Below the pieces are notes generated by a model, which ran no database searches, was not told the DNA's origin, and saw nothing but the letters and a program-made list of their open reading frames with translations. A stretch of 64,000 nt of DNA from Candidatus Multivoradales bacterium. Lineage in GTDB: Bacteria > Acidobacteriota > Thermoanaerobaculia > Multivoradales > JAHEKO01. Shown here piece after piece: positions 19,015-27,295 of this stretch; the first letter of the stretch is position 1; each line of letters begins with the position of its first letter. A program made the translations under genes and the position numbers. The DNA is taken from the NCBI GenBank assembly GCA_965223155.1, contig CBDCVR010000015.1, forward strand, positions 64,001-128,000. The letters are read 5' to 3'.

Positions 19015-19725
19015 TTGAAACCCTTTCTCACCGCCGAGTGGAGGCACCTGGCGATGCTCAATTTCGAGATCGATCCCGCTCTCCTCGAGGACCTGGTCCC
19101 CGCCGGAACCGAGCTTGACGACTGGGCAGGCCGGACTTTGGTCAGCATGGTGGGTTTTCGGTTTCTCGAAACCCGCGTCCACGGTCTGGCGATCCCGTTC
19201 CACCGGGACTTCAGCGAAGTGAATCTGCGCTTCTACGTCCGCCGGGAAGTCGGCGGCTCGGCGCAACGTGGTGTGGTCTTCGTCCAAGAAATCGTTCCCC
19301 GGATGGCCATCGCCTGGGTGGCACGCCGTCTCTACAACGAGAACTACGTCGCGCTGCCGATGCGACACGAACTTGATCGGGAAGACTCCAACCGAACCAG
19401 CTACGCATGGCGTACCGGAGACCGCTGGCATCGCCTCGTCCTCGAGTCCGAGCCACCAGCCTCATATCCGGAAGCCAGCTCGGAGGAAGAGTTCGTGACG
19501 GAGCACTACTGGGGCTACGTCGGCCAGCGGGACGGATCGACGCTCGAATACCGAGTCGATCACCCTCAGTGGCGCGTCCGGAACGCCACATTCGCCTCGC
19601 TAGATTGCGACGTTGCTCGCCTCTACGGAGCCCGATTTGCGGAGGCGCTCGCAAGCGAGCCCCGGTCGGCGTTCCTCGCCATCGGATCGGAGGTTGCCGT
19701 CTACCGGGGGCGGCCGATCGGCTAG
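19015..19725 (+). CDS. DUF2071 (YqjF-like) protein
   Basis: FLTAEWRHLAMLNF, EVNLRFYVR, RGVVF, EHYWGY, VDHPQW. TTG start inferred. Confidence 0.8.
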   Translation: MKPFLTAEWRHLAMLNFEIDPALLEDLVPAGTELDDWAGRTLVSMVGFRFLETRVHGLAIPFHRDFSEVNLRFYVRREVGGSAQRGVVFVQEIVPRMAIAWVARRLYNENYVALPMRHELDREDSNRTSYAWRTGDRWHRLVLESEPPASYPEASSEEEFVTEHYWGYVGQRDGSTLEYRVDHPQWRVRNATFASLDCDVARLYGARFAEALASEPRSAFLAIGSEVAVYRGRPIG

Positions 19726-20921
19726 TACGAGGCCGCGATCGCTTCGATCCGGTCCAGAGCCGGCTCGAGGATCTCTTCGGGAGGCAAAAACACGACCCGG
19801 AAATGGTCCGCTCCCGCGAGCCCGCCGAAGCCGCTGCCCGGAACGATCACGACACCGGTCTCGCTCACGACCCGCCGGCAGAATTCGGTGTCCGAGACGC
19901 CCAGGTCGATTCTGGGGAACGCGTAGAATGCCCCCCGCGGCTCGACACAGTCGATGCCGGGCATGGCATTCAGCCGCTCGGTGACGAGATCGCGCCGCGC
20001 GCGCAGCTTGGCCACTACCCCGTCGAGGTAGTCCATGGGACCTTCGAGCGCCGGGGCCACGGCGTATTGCTCCGGATGGTTCGCCGATAGCCTGGCCCGC
20101 TCGAGCTTCTGGATCGCCTCGCAGTAGTCCGCGAGCTCGTCTTCGGGTCCCGAGATCGAGGCCCAGCCCAGCCGGAAGCCGGGCGCCACGAAGACCTTGG
20201 AGAGGCCGTGCAGCGTCACGATCTTGGCTTCCTTGGCTTCCGGGGCGAGCGACGCGGTAGCCACGAAGGAACCCGGCTCGAACACCAGCCGATCGTAGAT
20301 CTCGTCGCTGAAAAGCACGAGGTCGTGCTCCTGGGCGATCGCAATGAGCTCGCGCAGAACCGACTCGTCGGTCACCGATCCGGTGGGATTGTTGGGATTG
20401 ATCACCACCAGGGCGCGGGTCCGCTCGTCGATCTGGCTCCGAATCGAGTCGATGTCCGGCTGCCAGCCGTTGCCCTCGTCCAGCCGGTACCAACGGGTCT
20501 CGGCATCGAACCGCGCCAGCACCGCCGGATAGAGCGGATAGCCGGGTGACGGAATCAGCACGTTGTCGCCCGGATCCACGAGGGCCGCGATCGCCAGATC
20601 GATGGCTTCGCTCGAGCCCGAGGTGACGAAGGTGTGGACGATGCCGGAGATGCCCTTGGCGGCGTTGTCGGCGGCCACGGCCCGCCTGGCTTCTTCGATG
20701 CCCGAGGACGGCGCGTAGCCGTTCTTGTTGGCCCGGATCGCGGCGCAGGTCGCCTCGACGATGTGCGCCGGGGTCTCGAAATCGAAGAGATTCGGGTCGC
20801 CGATGTTGAGATACAGGATGTCCCGGCCCGCGGCGGCGGCCTCCTCGGCCCAGAGCACGACGTCGCGCACCGCGTAGGTGATCTTCTCGGTGCGCCTGGC
20901 GGGACGGATCGGCCGGGTCAT
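19722..20921 (-). CDS. PLP-dependent aminotransferase class I/II (AlaA/AspC-like)
   Basis: LNIGDP, INPNNPTG, SDEIYD, GLSK..APGFRLGW. Start placed at ATG 20921. Confidence 0.9.
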   Translation of the reverse strand: MTRPIRPARRTEKITYAVRDVVLWAEEAAAAGRDILYLNIGDPNLFDFETPAHIVEATCAAIRANKNGYAPSSGIEEARRAVAADNAAKGISGIVHTFVTSGSSEAIDLAIAALVDPGDNVLIPSPGYPLYPAVLARFDAETRWYRLDEGNGWQPDIDSIRSQIDERTRALVVINPNNPTGSVTDESVLRELIAIAQEHDLVLFSDEIYDRLVFEPGSFVATASLAPEAKEAKIVTLHGLSKVFVAPGFRLGWASISGPEDELADYCEAIQKLERARLSANHPEQYAVAPALEGPMDYLDGVVAKLRARRDLVTERLNAMPGIDCVEPRGAFYAFPRIDLGVSDTEFCRRVVSETGVVIVPGSGFGGLAGADHFRVVFLPPEEILEPALDRIEAIAASY

Positions 20922-21036
20922 CGGTTCGTACTCTAGCAGCCGCTCGAGCTGGCTTCGAGCCGGCTCCAAGCTGCCTCCGAGTTGGCTCCGAAGGCGCCGG
21001 GTTGCGCCTACCTCGGGGCATCCGTAGCATGCGCCC

Positions 21037-21843
21037 ATGGCATTCAAGATCAGCAGCGACAAGACCGTGACCTATTCGAGCTACCTCAAGATCGATGAGC
21101 TGCTCGAGCTCCAGGTTCCCCTCTCCGACGGCCCGGAGCACGACGAACTGCTCTTCATCGTCATCCACCAGGTCTACGAGCTCTGGTTCCGCCAGGTGCT
21201 GCACGAGCTGGAAGAGCTCAGCCGGCGGTTGGAGGCGGGCGATTCGGCGCGAAGCCTGGCAACCCTGGGGCGCGTCCTCACGATCTTCAAGACCCTGGTC
21301 GCCCAGGTGGACGTCTTAGAGACCATGACCCCGGTTTCGTTCAGCTCGTTTCGCAGTCGCTTGGAGTCCGCCAGCGGCTTCCAGTCCGCCCAGTTCCGCG
21401 AAGTAGAATTCTTGCTCGGCGCCAAGAACGAGCGCGCCGTCGAGCACCACGCCGAAGGCAGTCCCGGGCGCGAGCGGCTCGAGCGGCGCCTCAGGGAGCC
21501 GACGCTCTGGGACGGCTTCCTACGCTATCTCGACGCCTGCGGCCACCCGGTCCCCGAGGCCGCCCTCGAGCGGGACGTGCTGGCTCCAATCGAGCCCTCG
21601 CCCGAGGTTCAGGAGATTCTGCTCACTGTCTACCGGGAGTACCCGGTCGAGGCCATGGTCTGCGAGCGCCTGGTCGACTTCGATGAGGGGCTCCAGGAGT
21701 GGCGCTACCGCCACGTCAAGATGGTCGAGCGCACCATCGGCTCGAAGACCGGCACCGGTGGCTCTTCCGGCGCCGACTATCTGCGTTCGACTCTGTTTCG
21801 GCCGGTGTTCCCGGATCTCTGGGAAATCCGCGCCCGCCTATGA
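21037..21843 (+). CDS. kynA: Tryptophan 2,3-dioxygenase
   Basis: YSSYL, HDELLFIVIHQVYELWF, ASGFQSAQFRE, WRYRHVKMVERTIG..GTGGSSG. Confidence 0.95.
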   Translation: MAFKISSDKTVTYSSYLKIDELLELQVPLSDGPEHDELLFIVIHQVYELWFRQVLHELEELSRRLEAGDSARSLATLGRVLTIFKTLVAQVDVLETMTPVSFSSFRSRLESASGFQSAQFREVEFLLGAKNERAVEHHAEGSPGRERLERRLREPTLWDGFLRYLDACGHPVPEAALERDVLAPIEPSPEVQEILLTVYREYPVEAMVCERLVDFDEGLQEWRYRHVKMVERTIGSKTGTGGSSGADYLRSTLFRPVFPDLWEIRARL

Positions 21844-23042
21844 GCCCCAGGATTTTCTCGGCCGACGAGCTCCTGGCCGACGACAACCCGCTCGCCGAGC
21901 ACTACCGGCACTTCCGCGTCGGCGAGCGCACCCTTCTTTCCGGACACTCGCATCAGGCCTGGCCCGACTGCGGCCTCGAGGCTCAGCGGCAAGCGTGGCT
22001 GGACGCCGCCGAAGCGGTAGACGACAAATGGGACCTGGCTTTCGCCCAGGCCGATGCGGTGCGCGCCGGCTACCGCCGGCTCCTGGACGATCCCGGCGGC
22101 CTCTATTCGCTGGCGGCCAGCACCCACGATCTTCTGGTGCGCCTGCTCTCGGCCCTGCCGCTGGCGACCCGGCCTCGCATCGTCACCACCGACGGGGAGT
22201 TCCACTCCCTGCGCCGCCAGCTCGACCGTCTGGCCGAGGAAGGCCTCGAAGTGGTCAAGGTCCCGGCCGCCCCCGCCGCCACGATCGGCGAGCGGCTCGC
22301 CGCCGAAGTCCACGAGCGCACCTCCGCCGTCTGCACTTCGACCGTCTTCTTCGAGAGCGCCCAAATCGCCGGCGACCTGACCGCGGCCGCCGAGGCCTGC
22401 CGCAAGCACGGCGCGATTCTGGTCCTGGACGTCTACCATCAGCTCAATGCCGTGCCCTTTTCGCTCACCGGACGCGGCCTCGAGGACGCCTACGTCGTCA
22501 CCGCCGGCTACAAGTACTGCCAGCTCGGCGAAGGCAACGCCATCTTGCGCTTCCCGCCCGCCTGCGATCTACGGCCCATCGCCACCGGCTGGTTCGCCGA
22601 GTTCGGCGAGCTGACCGAGGCGCAGAGCGGCGGAGTCTCCTACAGCAGCCGCGACAATCGATTCGCCGGCGCTACCTACGATCCGACGAGCAACTACCGG
22701 GGCGCGGCGGTTTTCGCCTTTTTCGAACGGCACGGTCTCAACCCGGAGCTGCTGCGAGAGGTGAGCCAGCGTCAGATCGAACTCTTGTGCCGGGAGCTCG
22801 ACGCCCTGGACCTGGATCCATCCGCGATCGCCCGGGACACGACGGTCCCGTTCGAGTCTTTGGGTGGATTCCTAGCCCTGCGCTCGCCGCGGGCGGGCGA
22901 GCTCTGCCGGCGTCTCAAGCAGCGCGGCGTCTGGACCGACCATCGCGACCAGGTCCTGCGGCTGGGGCCGGCCCCGTACCTCGGCCGGCGGCAACTGCTC
23001 GACGCCATCGGACACCTGGGCGAGCTGGTCCACGAGCTCTAG
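21840..23042 (+). CDS. kynU: Kynureninase-like PLP enzyme (aminotransferase class V fold)
   Basis: GHSHQAWP, LDVYH, GYKY, GWFA, LRLGPAPY. Start overlaps the kynA stop (ATGA). Confidence 0.8.
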   Translation: MSPRIFSADELLADDNPLAEHYRHFRVGERTLLSGHSHQAWPDCGLEAQRQAWLDAAEAVDDKWDLAFAQADAVRAGYRRLLDDPGGLYSLAASTHDLLVRLLSALPLATRPRIVTTDGEFHSLRRQLDRLAEEGLEVVKVPAAPAATIGERLAAEVHERTSAVCTSTVFFESAQIAGDLTAAAEACRKHGAILVLDVYHQLNAVPFSLTGRGLEDAYVVTAGYKYCQLGEGNAILRFPPACDLRPIATGWFAEFGELTEAQSGGVSYSSRDNRFAGATYDPTSNYRGAAVFAFFERHGLNPELLREVSQRQIELLCRELDALDLDPSAIARDTTVPFESLGGFLALRSPRAGELCRRLKQRGVWTDHRDQVLRLGPAPYLGRRQLLDAIGHLGELVHEL

Positions 23043-23118
23043 CCTGTTGAGCCCGGCGAATCGTCCTCCGGCGCAGGCCGGCCGGCGGCAGGTCGGCTTG
23101 TCTCGATTCGATTCGAGC

Positions 23119-23712
23119 CTATTCGGGCAAGGTGTACTCGAAACGGTAGGCGTGCTCGCCATCCTGAATCTCGATCACCATCGAGCCGGCAAGGCCTTCG
23201 AGCTCGCCGGTGCCGGAATCCGGCACCACGGAGATTCCCTGATGCTGCTCGCCGCCCTGCATCCAGCTCGAATGCTGAAGCACGAACGTTCCCCGGCGGC
23301 CGCCCAGCGTGCCCTCGACCCGCTCGATGGCGACATAGCCGGCCGACTGGGGCAGCGCGGTCCGGGCGCTCAGCATCTCGCCGGTGCTGGTCGCGTCCAG
23401 ATCTCCCTCGAATACCTTGTCGATCGACATGCGCCCCAAGAGCGCGTCCTGTCCTTCGTGGTGTAGCTCCAGCGGAGCAAGCTTGACTTCGAACGATCCG
23501 GTCGCCTCTTGAGTCATCGGGGTCTGGTCTCCTGTGGGTTGCTCCGCCGGATCGGTCGCCGCACTCAGGGCTTGGTCCTCGGAGGTTTCTTCGAACGCCG
23601 CCGCTTCCGCCTGGCCGGAACCGTCCTCGGCCCCATTCACGGCGCCGGCCACGGCCGCAACCGGCGCCAGAGTCAGCGCCATCGCGACCCATCCGGTCAT
23701 CCTGGTCCTCAT
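23119..23712 (-). CDS. DUF3224 family protein with a signal peptide
   Basis: ATGSFEV, FEGDL, AGYVAIERVEGTLGGRRGTFVLQH, VVPDSGTGELEGL. Hydrophobic N-terminus. Confidence 0.82.
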   Translation of the reverse strand: MRTRMTGWVAMALTLAPVAAVAGAVNGAEDGSGQAEAAAFEETSEDQALSAATDPAEQPTGDQTPMTQEATGSFEVKLAPLELHHEGQDALLGRMSIDKVFEGDLDATSTGEMLSARTALPQSAGYVAIERVEGTLGGRRGTFVLQHSSWMQGGEQHQGISVVPDSGTGELEGLAGSMVIEIQDGEHAYRFEYTLPE

Positions 23713-23864
23713 TCGGTCCTCATCGGGGCCGTCATCGGCGGCGAGCCTACCCGCCCCATCTTGGCGTGTCGAGCGCCAAGCCCGCGGGGCACTGTCTCCG
23801 CCGCCGCCCACCCGGCAGCCCGGCAGCCGAAACCCGCCACCCGCCACCAATAGCCCGCGGGCTC

Positions 23865-25256
23865 CTACGACCGGAAGATCTTGCCCGGGTTCAGAAGCCC
23901 CTCGGGATCGAGAGCGCGCTTGATCGCGCGCATGGTTTCGAGCCCCGCGCCAGCCTCCCGCTCCAGCCACTCCCGCTTGCCCAGACCGATGCCGTGCTCG
24001 CCGGTCGAGGTGCCACCGGCGGCCAGTGCCCGTTCCACCAGCGCCCGGTTGAGAGCCTTGGCTTCCTCCAGCTCTGCCGGCGAATTCGGGTCGAGGACCA
24101 GCAGCAGGTGAAAGTTGCCGTCGCCGACGTGCCCGACGAGCGGCACCGGAAACGAAGCCCGGGCGGCCTCTTCCCGGGTCGCCCCGATCGTCTCGGCCAA
24201 GCGCGACAGCGGCACGCATACGTCGGTCGAGAGCACCCGCGCTCCGGGCCGGAGCGCCAGGCTGGCGAAATAGGCGTCGTGCCGAGCTCGCCAGAGCCGG
24301 CGCCGCTCGCCCTCATCGGTAGCCCAGCGAAAGTCTCGGCCACCCCGGGCGCGGGCGATGGCCTCGGCTTCTGCGGCGTCGCCGGCCACGCTCCGGGGCG
24401 AGCCCTGAAACTCGAAGAACAGCGTCGGCAGCTCGGCCTCCTCCAGCCCCGAGTGGCGGTTGACCGCGCCCATCGCAACCCCATCCAGAAGCTCGACCCG
24501 AGCCACCGGAATCCCGTGCTGGATGACCTCGACCGCGGCACCGACCGCGGCCGCCATGTCCGGAAAGGCACAGACCGCGCTCGAGATGGCCTCGGGGACG
24601 CCCTGCACCCGAAGGGCGATCTCGGTCACGATCCCTAGCGTTCCCTCCGAACCAACCATCAGCCGGGTGAGGTCGTACCCGGCCGAGGACTTGCGCGCCC
24701 GTGTCCCGGTCCGGATCGCCGTGCCGTCGGCGAGCACCACTTCGAGCGCCAGGACGTTCTCCCGCATCGACCCGTAGCGCACCGTGGCCGTGCCGGAGGC
24801 GCCGGTAGCGACCATGCCGCCAAGGGTCGCGTCAGCTCCCGGATCCACTGGAAAGAAGAGCCCTTGCTGTGCCAGGACGCGCTCGAGCTGCAGGCGGGTA
24901 ACCCCCGCCTCGACCACCGCGGTGAGATCCCCCGAGCTCACGTCGAGCACCCGGTTCTTCCGGGCCAGGCTCACCGTGATCCCGCCGGCAACCGGCAGCA
25001 CGTGCCCTTCGAGCGAGGAACCGGCGCCGAATGGAACGATCGGGACACCGTACCGGCCGCAGGCGCAAACGATCTCCTGGACCTCGGCCGTCGTCTCCGG
25101 AAACACCACCGCCCAGGGCGCGACCGGCGGCAAATACGACTCGTCCCGACCGTGATTCGCCCGCACCGACTCCGACAGCGACAACCGGTCGCCCAAGAGC
25201 TCTCCCAGCTCGGCCTCCAGCTCGGCGGGCAGACGCTTCTCGGAATCGGACGACAT
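23865..25256 (-). CDS. FAD-linked oxidase (D-lactate dehydrogenase/GlcD-like)
   Basis: GAGSSLEGH, DPGADATLGG, GSEGTLG, GHVGDGNFH, GEHGIG, LDP..LLNPGK. Confidence 0.9.
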   Translation of the reverse strand: MSSDSEKRLPAELEAELGELLGDRLSLSESVRANHGRDESYLPPVAPWAVVFPETTAEVQEIVCACGRYGVPIVPFGAGSSLEGHVLPVAGGITVSLARKNRVLDVSSGDLTAVVEAGVTRLQLERVLAQQGLFFPVDPGADATLGGMVATGASGTATVRYGSMRENVLALEVVLADGTAIRTGTRARKSSAGYDLTRLMVGSEGTLGIVTEIALRVQGVPEAISSAVCAFPDMAAAVGAAVEVIQHGIPVARVELLDGVAMGAVNRHSGLEEAELPTLFFEFQGSPRSVAGDAAEAEAIARARGGRDFRWATDEGERRRLWRARHDAYFASLALRPGARVLSTDVCVPLSRLAETIGATREEAARASFPVPLVGHVGDGNFHLLLVLDPNSPAELEEAKALNRALVERALAAGGTSTGEHGIGLGKREWLEREAGAGLETMRAIKRALDPEGLLNPGKIFRS

Positions 25257-25416
25257 CCCGCCGGGCAGCCTACAACGGCATGGACCGGCTTCCGGCACCG
25301 CCAGCGCGGTTCCCCGACAACCCTTCAGGCGTCCACCTCGTCCGCCTCGTCCGCCTCCCCACCCCGGCAGGGGACCGCCGGTGCCCACCCGTCAGCGTAT
25401 TGGCCGCGGCGAGGTT

Positions 25417-25437
25417 TGAACCGCGCCGGGTTTTCCG
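25417..25437 (+). repeat. Orphan IS3-family terminal inverted repeat-like sequence
   Basis: TGAACCGCGCCGGGTTTTCCG resembles IS3 ends and aligns with the IS end at 29118. Confidence 0.55.
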
Positions 25438-25515
25438 CGCGATTCATCTGCCAATTCTACTTGGGTACGGGGGGCTGGTCTGCGGCGAGTGCCGACGAAC
25501 ACGGCCCGCTCATGA

Positions 25516-25544
25516 TCGGCCTAGGCTTCGGCTATCGTTTCTAG
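25516..25544 (+). repeat. Direct repeat copy 1 (encodes GLGFGYRF-stop)
   Basis: TCGGCCTAGGCTTCGGCTATCGTTTCTAG. First 27 nt are 25/27 identical to 30842-30868. Confidence 0.8.
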
Positions 25545-25743
25545 GCCAGCCAGGTTACGTCCGACCGATGGACCGTGCTTGGCAAATCTTGCTCCGCCAG
25601 GCAACGCTTTTCCCAGCTTGGCGAGTTGATGCTCAGTATCACGCTTCCGCCGACGTGTTTGGTGGCGTTCGATCACCGCGAGACAGCCTCCATTAGGGTT
25701 TCTCTGTGGCTATCGGGATCCGGCCGTGCTGTTGACACGGCCT

Positions 25744-26151
25744 TCACTCCGCTTTGCGGAGCCGGCGCCAGCCCAGCTCCCAAATCGCTCGGAAGTTTCT
25801 TTCCAGGTACAGCTTCTCGAACGGGTTGGCGAGAAACCCCAGGCCCCTCGGAGTGATGTCCTCGTAGCCTCGAATCGCGACGCCGCGGGGCGTGTCGACG
25901 AACACGACTTCACACGAGCCATGCCAGAATCCCCGGAAGATCCAGCGTACGAACCTGTTTTCCTCGAACTCGGTCACTTTGGCCACCAACGGAAACGGGA
26001 ACTTCTGCAGCGGCACGGCGAGCCAGCCGTCGCCGCGGTCTTCGACGCGGCCCGCAGACCCATAGAGGCGAACCCAGTCGGCCGGCGTTCTGAAGTAGTC
26101 GAAGACTTCTTCAATCGAAAGCGCGAACTCTTCATCGAATTCGATTCTCAT
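25744..26151 (-). CDS. SRPBCC/START-fold protein
   Basis: N-terminal IEEVFDYFRTPADWVRLY pattern and typical size. Followed by hairpin GGCCGTG-N7-CACGGCC. Confidence 0.65.
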   Translation of the reverse strand: MRIEFDEEFALSIEEVFDYFRTPADWVRLYGSAGRVEDRGDGWLAVPLQKFPFPLVAKVTEFEENRFVRWIFRGFWHGSCEVVFVDTPRGVAIRGYEDITPRGLGFLANPFEKLYLERNFRAIWELGWRRLRKAE

Positions 26152-26408
26152 AGCCCTAATACCAAATCAATGCTTCCAACCCGCTCATTTCCGAACCTCC
26201 TAATCACGAAGATGCCGACTGGCGCTACGATGTACGCCGAGAGAGCTCTTCGGACAACAAATGCACCGTCATTCCCACGGTTGCCAAAGAACCCCAACCA
26301 AGACAGACCACCGATCGCGGCCCCGGCCATCGCTGTCGCCACTCGGGCAGATTTGATCAAAATGGCGGCGGCTTCGGCTAGCCAGACTTGAGGTTGAAGC
26401 CCCGTCAT
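26148..26408 (-). CDS. Small hypothetical membrane protein (possibly a remnant)
   Basis: Fills the gap exactly between two minus-strand genes with an ATGA overlap. Two hydrophobic stretches. Confidence 0.35.
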   Translation of the reverse strand: MTGLQPQVWLAEAAAILIKSARVATAMAGAAIGGLSWLGFFGNRGNDGAFVVRRALSAYIVAPVGIFVIRRFGNERVGSIDLVLGL

Positions 26409-26409
26409 C

Positions 26410-27081
26410 CTATTGCGATCGCAGTTCGTTCGCGCTGGACTGCGTCCTCACCCAGGGGAGAGCGCGGATCAGAACGATAACTACCGCGGCGTACCAAAGC
26501 CCCGAGACTGGTCCCGGATCAAACAAACCCGCGTCTGCTGGAGGAGTGGGAAACGTAAAGAAGTTCATCGCCAAGATGACCACCGCACCGATGAAGACAC
26601 CGGACCAGGATACGGCTTTGGGAACCTTTGGGTGGCGCAACATTGCGATCGCAAAGAACAACGTACCCAACCCGATAAACACGTCGAAAGCGACGTCCAG
26701 CCCGAGAATCGTGTCCCAGATCCAAAAGACCGTAGACCGAACCGACTCATCGTCGGGTGAGTCGGCGAGGTAGTCGTCCCTGTGAAACTTGACTGCCATC
26801 TGCACCAGCAACATCGCTGTGACTAGAGCTCCAGCAAGAACGTTGGATAGGGCACCAACCTGAGCAGCCGCGGTGTCGCGGTGTAACTTCAAGAAGTGAT
26901 ACGGGCCGACGCTGGCAAGGGCGAGCGCCGGGCCGAACGACGACGCAACCAGGACTGTCAGTCTGCGTGGCATGGGTATGAAGACCATCGCGGGATAGGC
27001 AATGCAGGCGACTATGCCCGCTACAATTCCAATGCGGATCCACGCGGCAATGGTCCTTTGTGACTCGAAATTCGGGTTCAT
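26410..27081 (-). CDS. Multi-pass membrane protein of unknown function
   Basis: About 6 TM segments. Strong RBS GAGGAG before the ATG. Confidence 0.75.
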   Translation of the reverse strand: MNPNFESQRTIAAWIRIGIVAGIVACIAYPAMVFIPMPRRLTVLVASSFGPALALASVGPYHFLKLHRDTAAAQVGALSNVLAGALVTAMLLVQMAVKFHRDDYLADSPDDESVRSTVFWIWDTILGLDVAFDVFIGLGTLFFAIAMLRHPKVPKAVSWSGVFIGAVVILAMNFFTFPTPPADAGLFDPGPVSGLWYAAVVIVLIRALPWVRTQSSANELRSQ

Positions 27082-27295
27082 GCTTTCTCCTCGCGGTTAA
27101 CGGATTGCGCGTTAGGCGCAGTGGACCCTCGCCAGGTTCTCGCACCCCAGCGAGTGAGCCACCTCCTTCCTTCGACTTTCCGGCGGGGCATGCGGCCAGC
27201 CATGTCGACTCCTGCACTCCGGGGGCGATGTCCGCATGGGTGGCTGTCGATTGCGTCTTGGAGTCGCGCTAGATCGCTCATTAGGCCTCTGGGGT

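Noticed and set aside
27095-27287. Possible integron attC site (GCCTAAT ... GCCTAAC ... GTTAACC just before an RBS and ATG)
   Set aside because: The boxes are degenerate and not mutually complementary, the span (about 190 nt) is long, no second convincing attC was found and there is no integrase. IntegronFinder would settle it.
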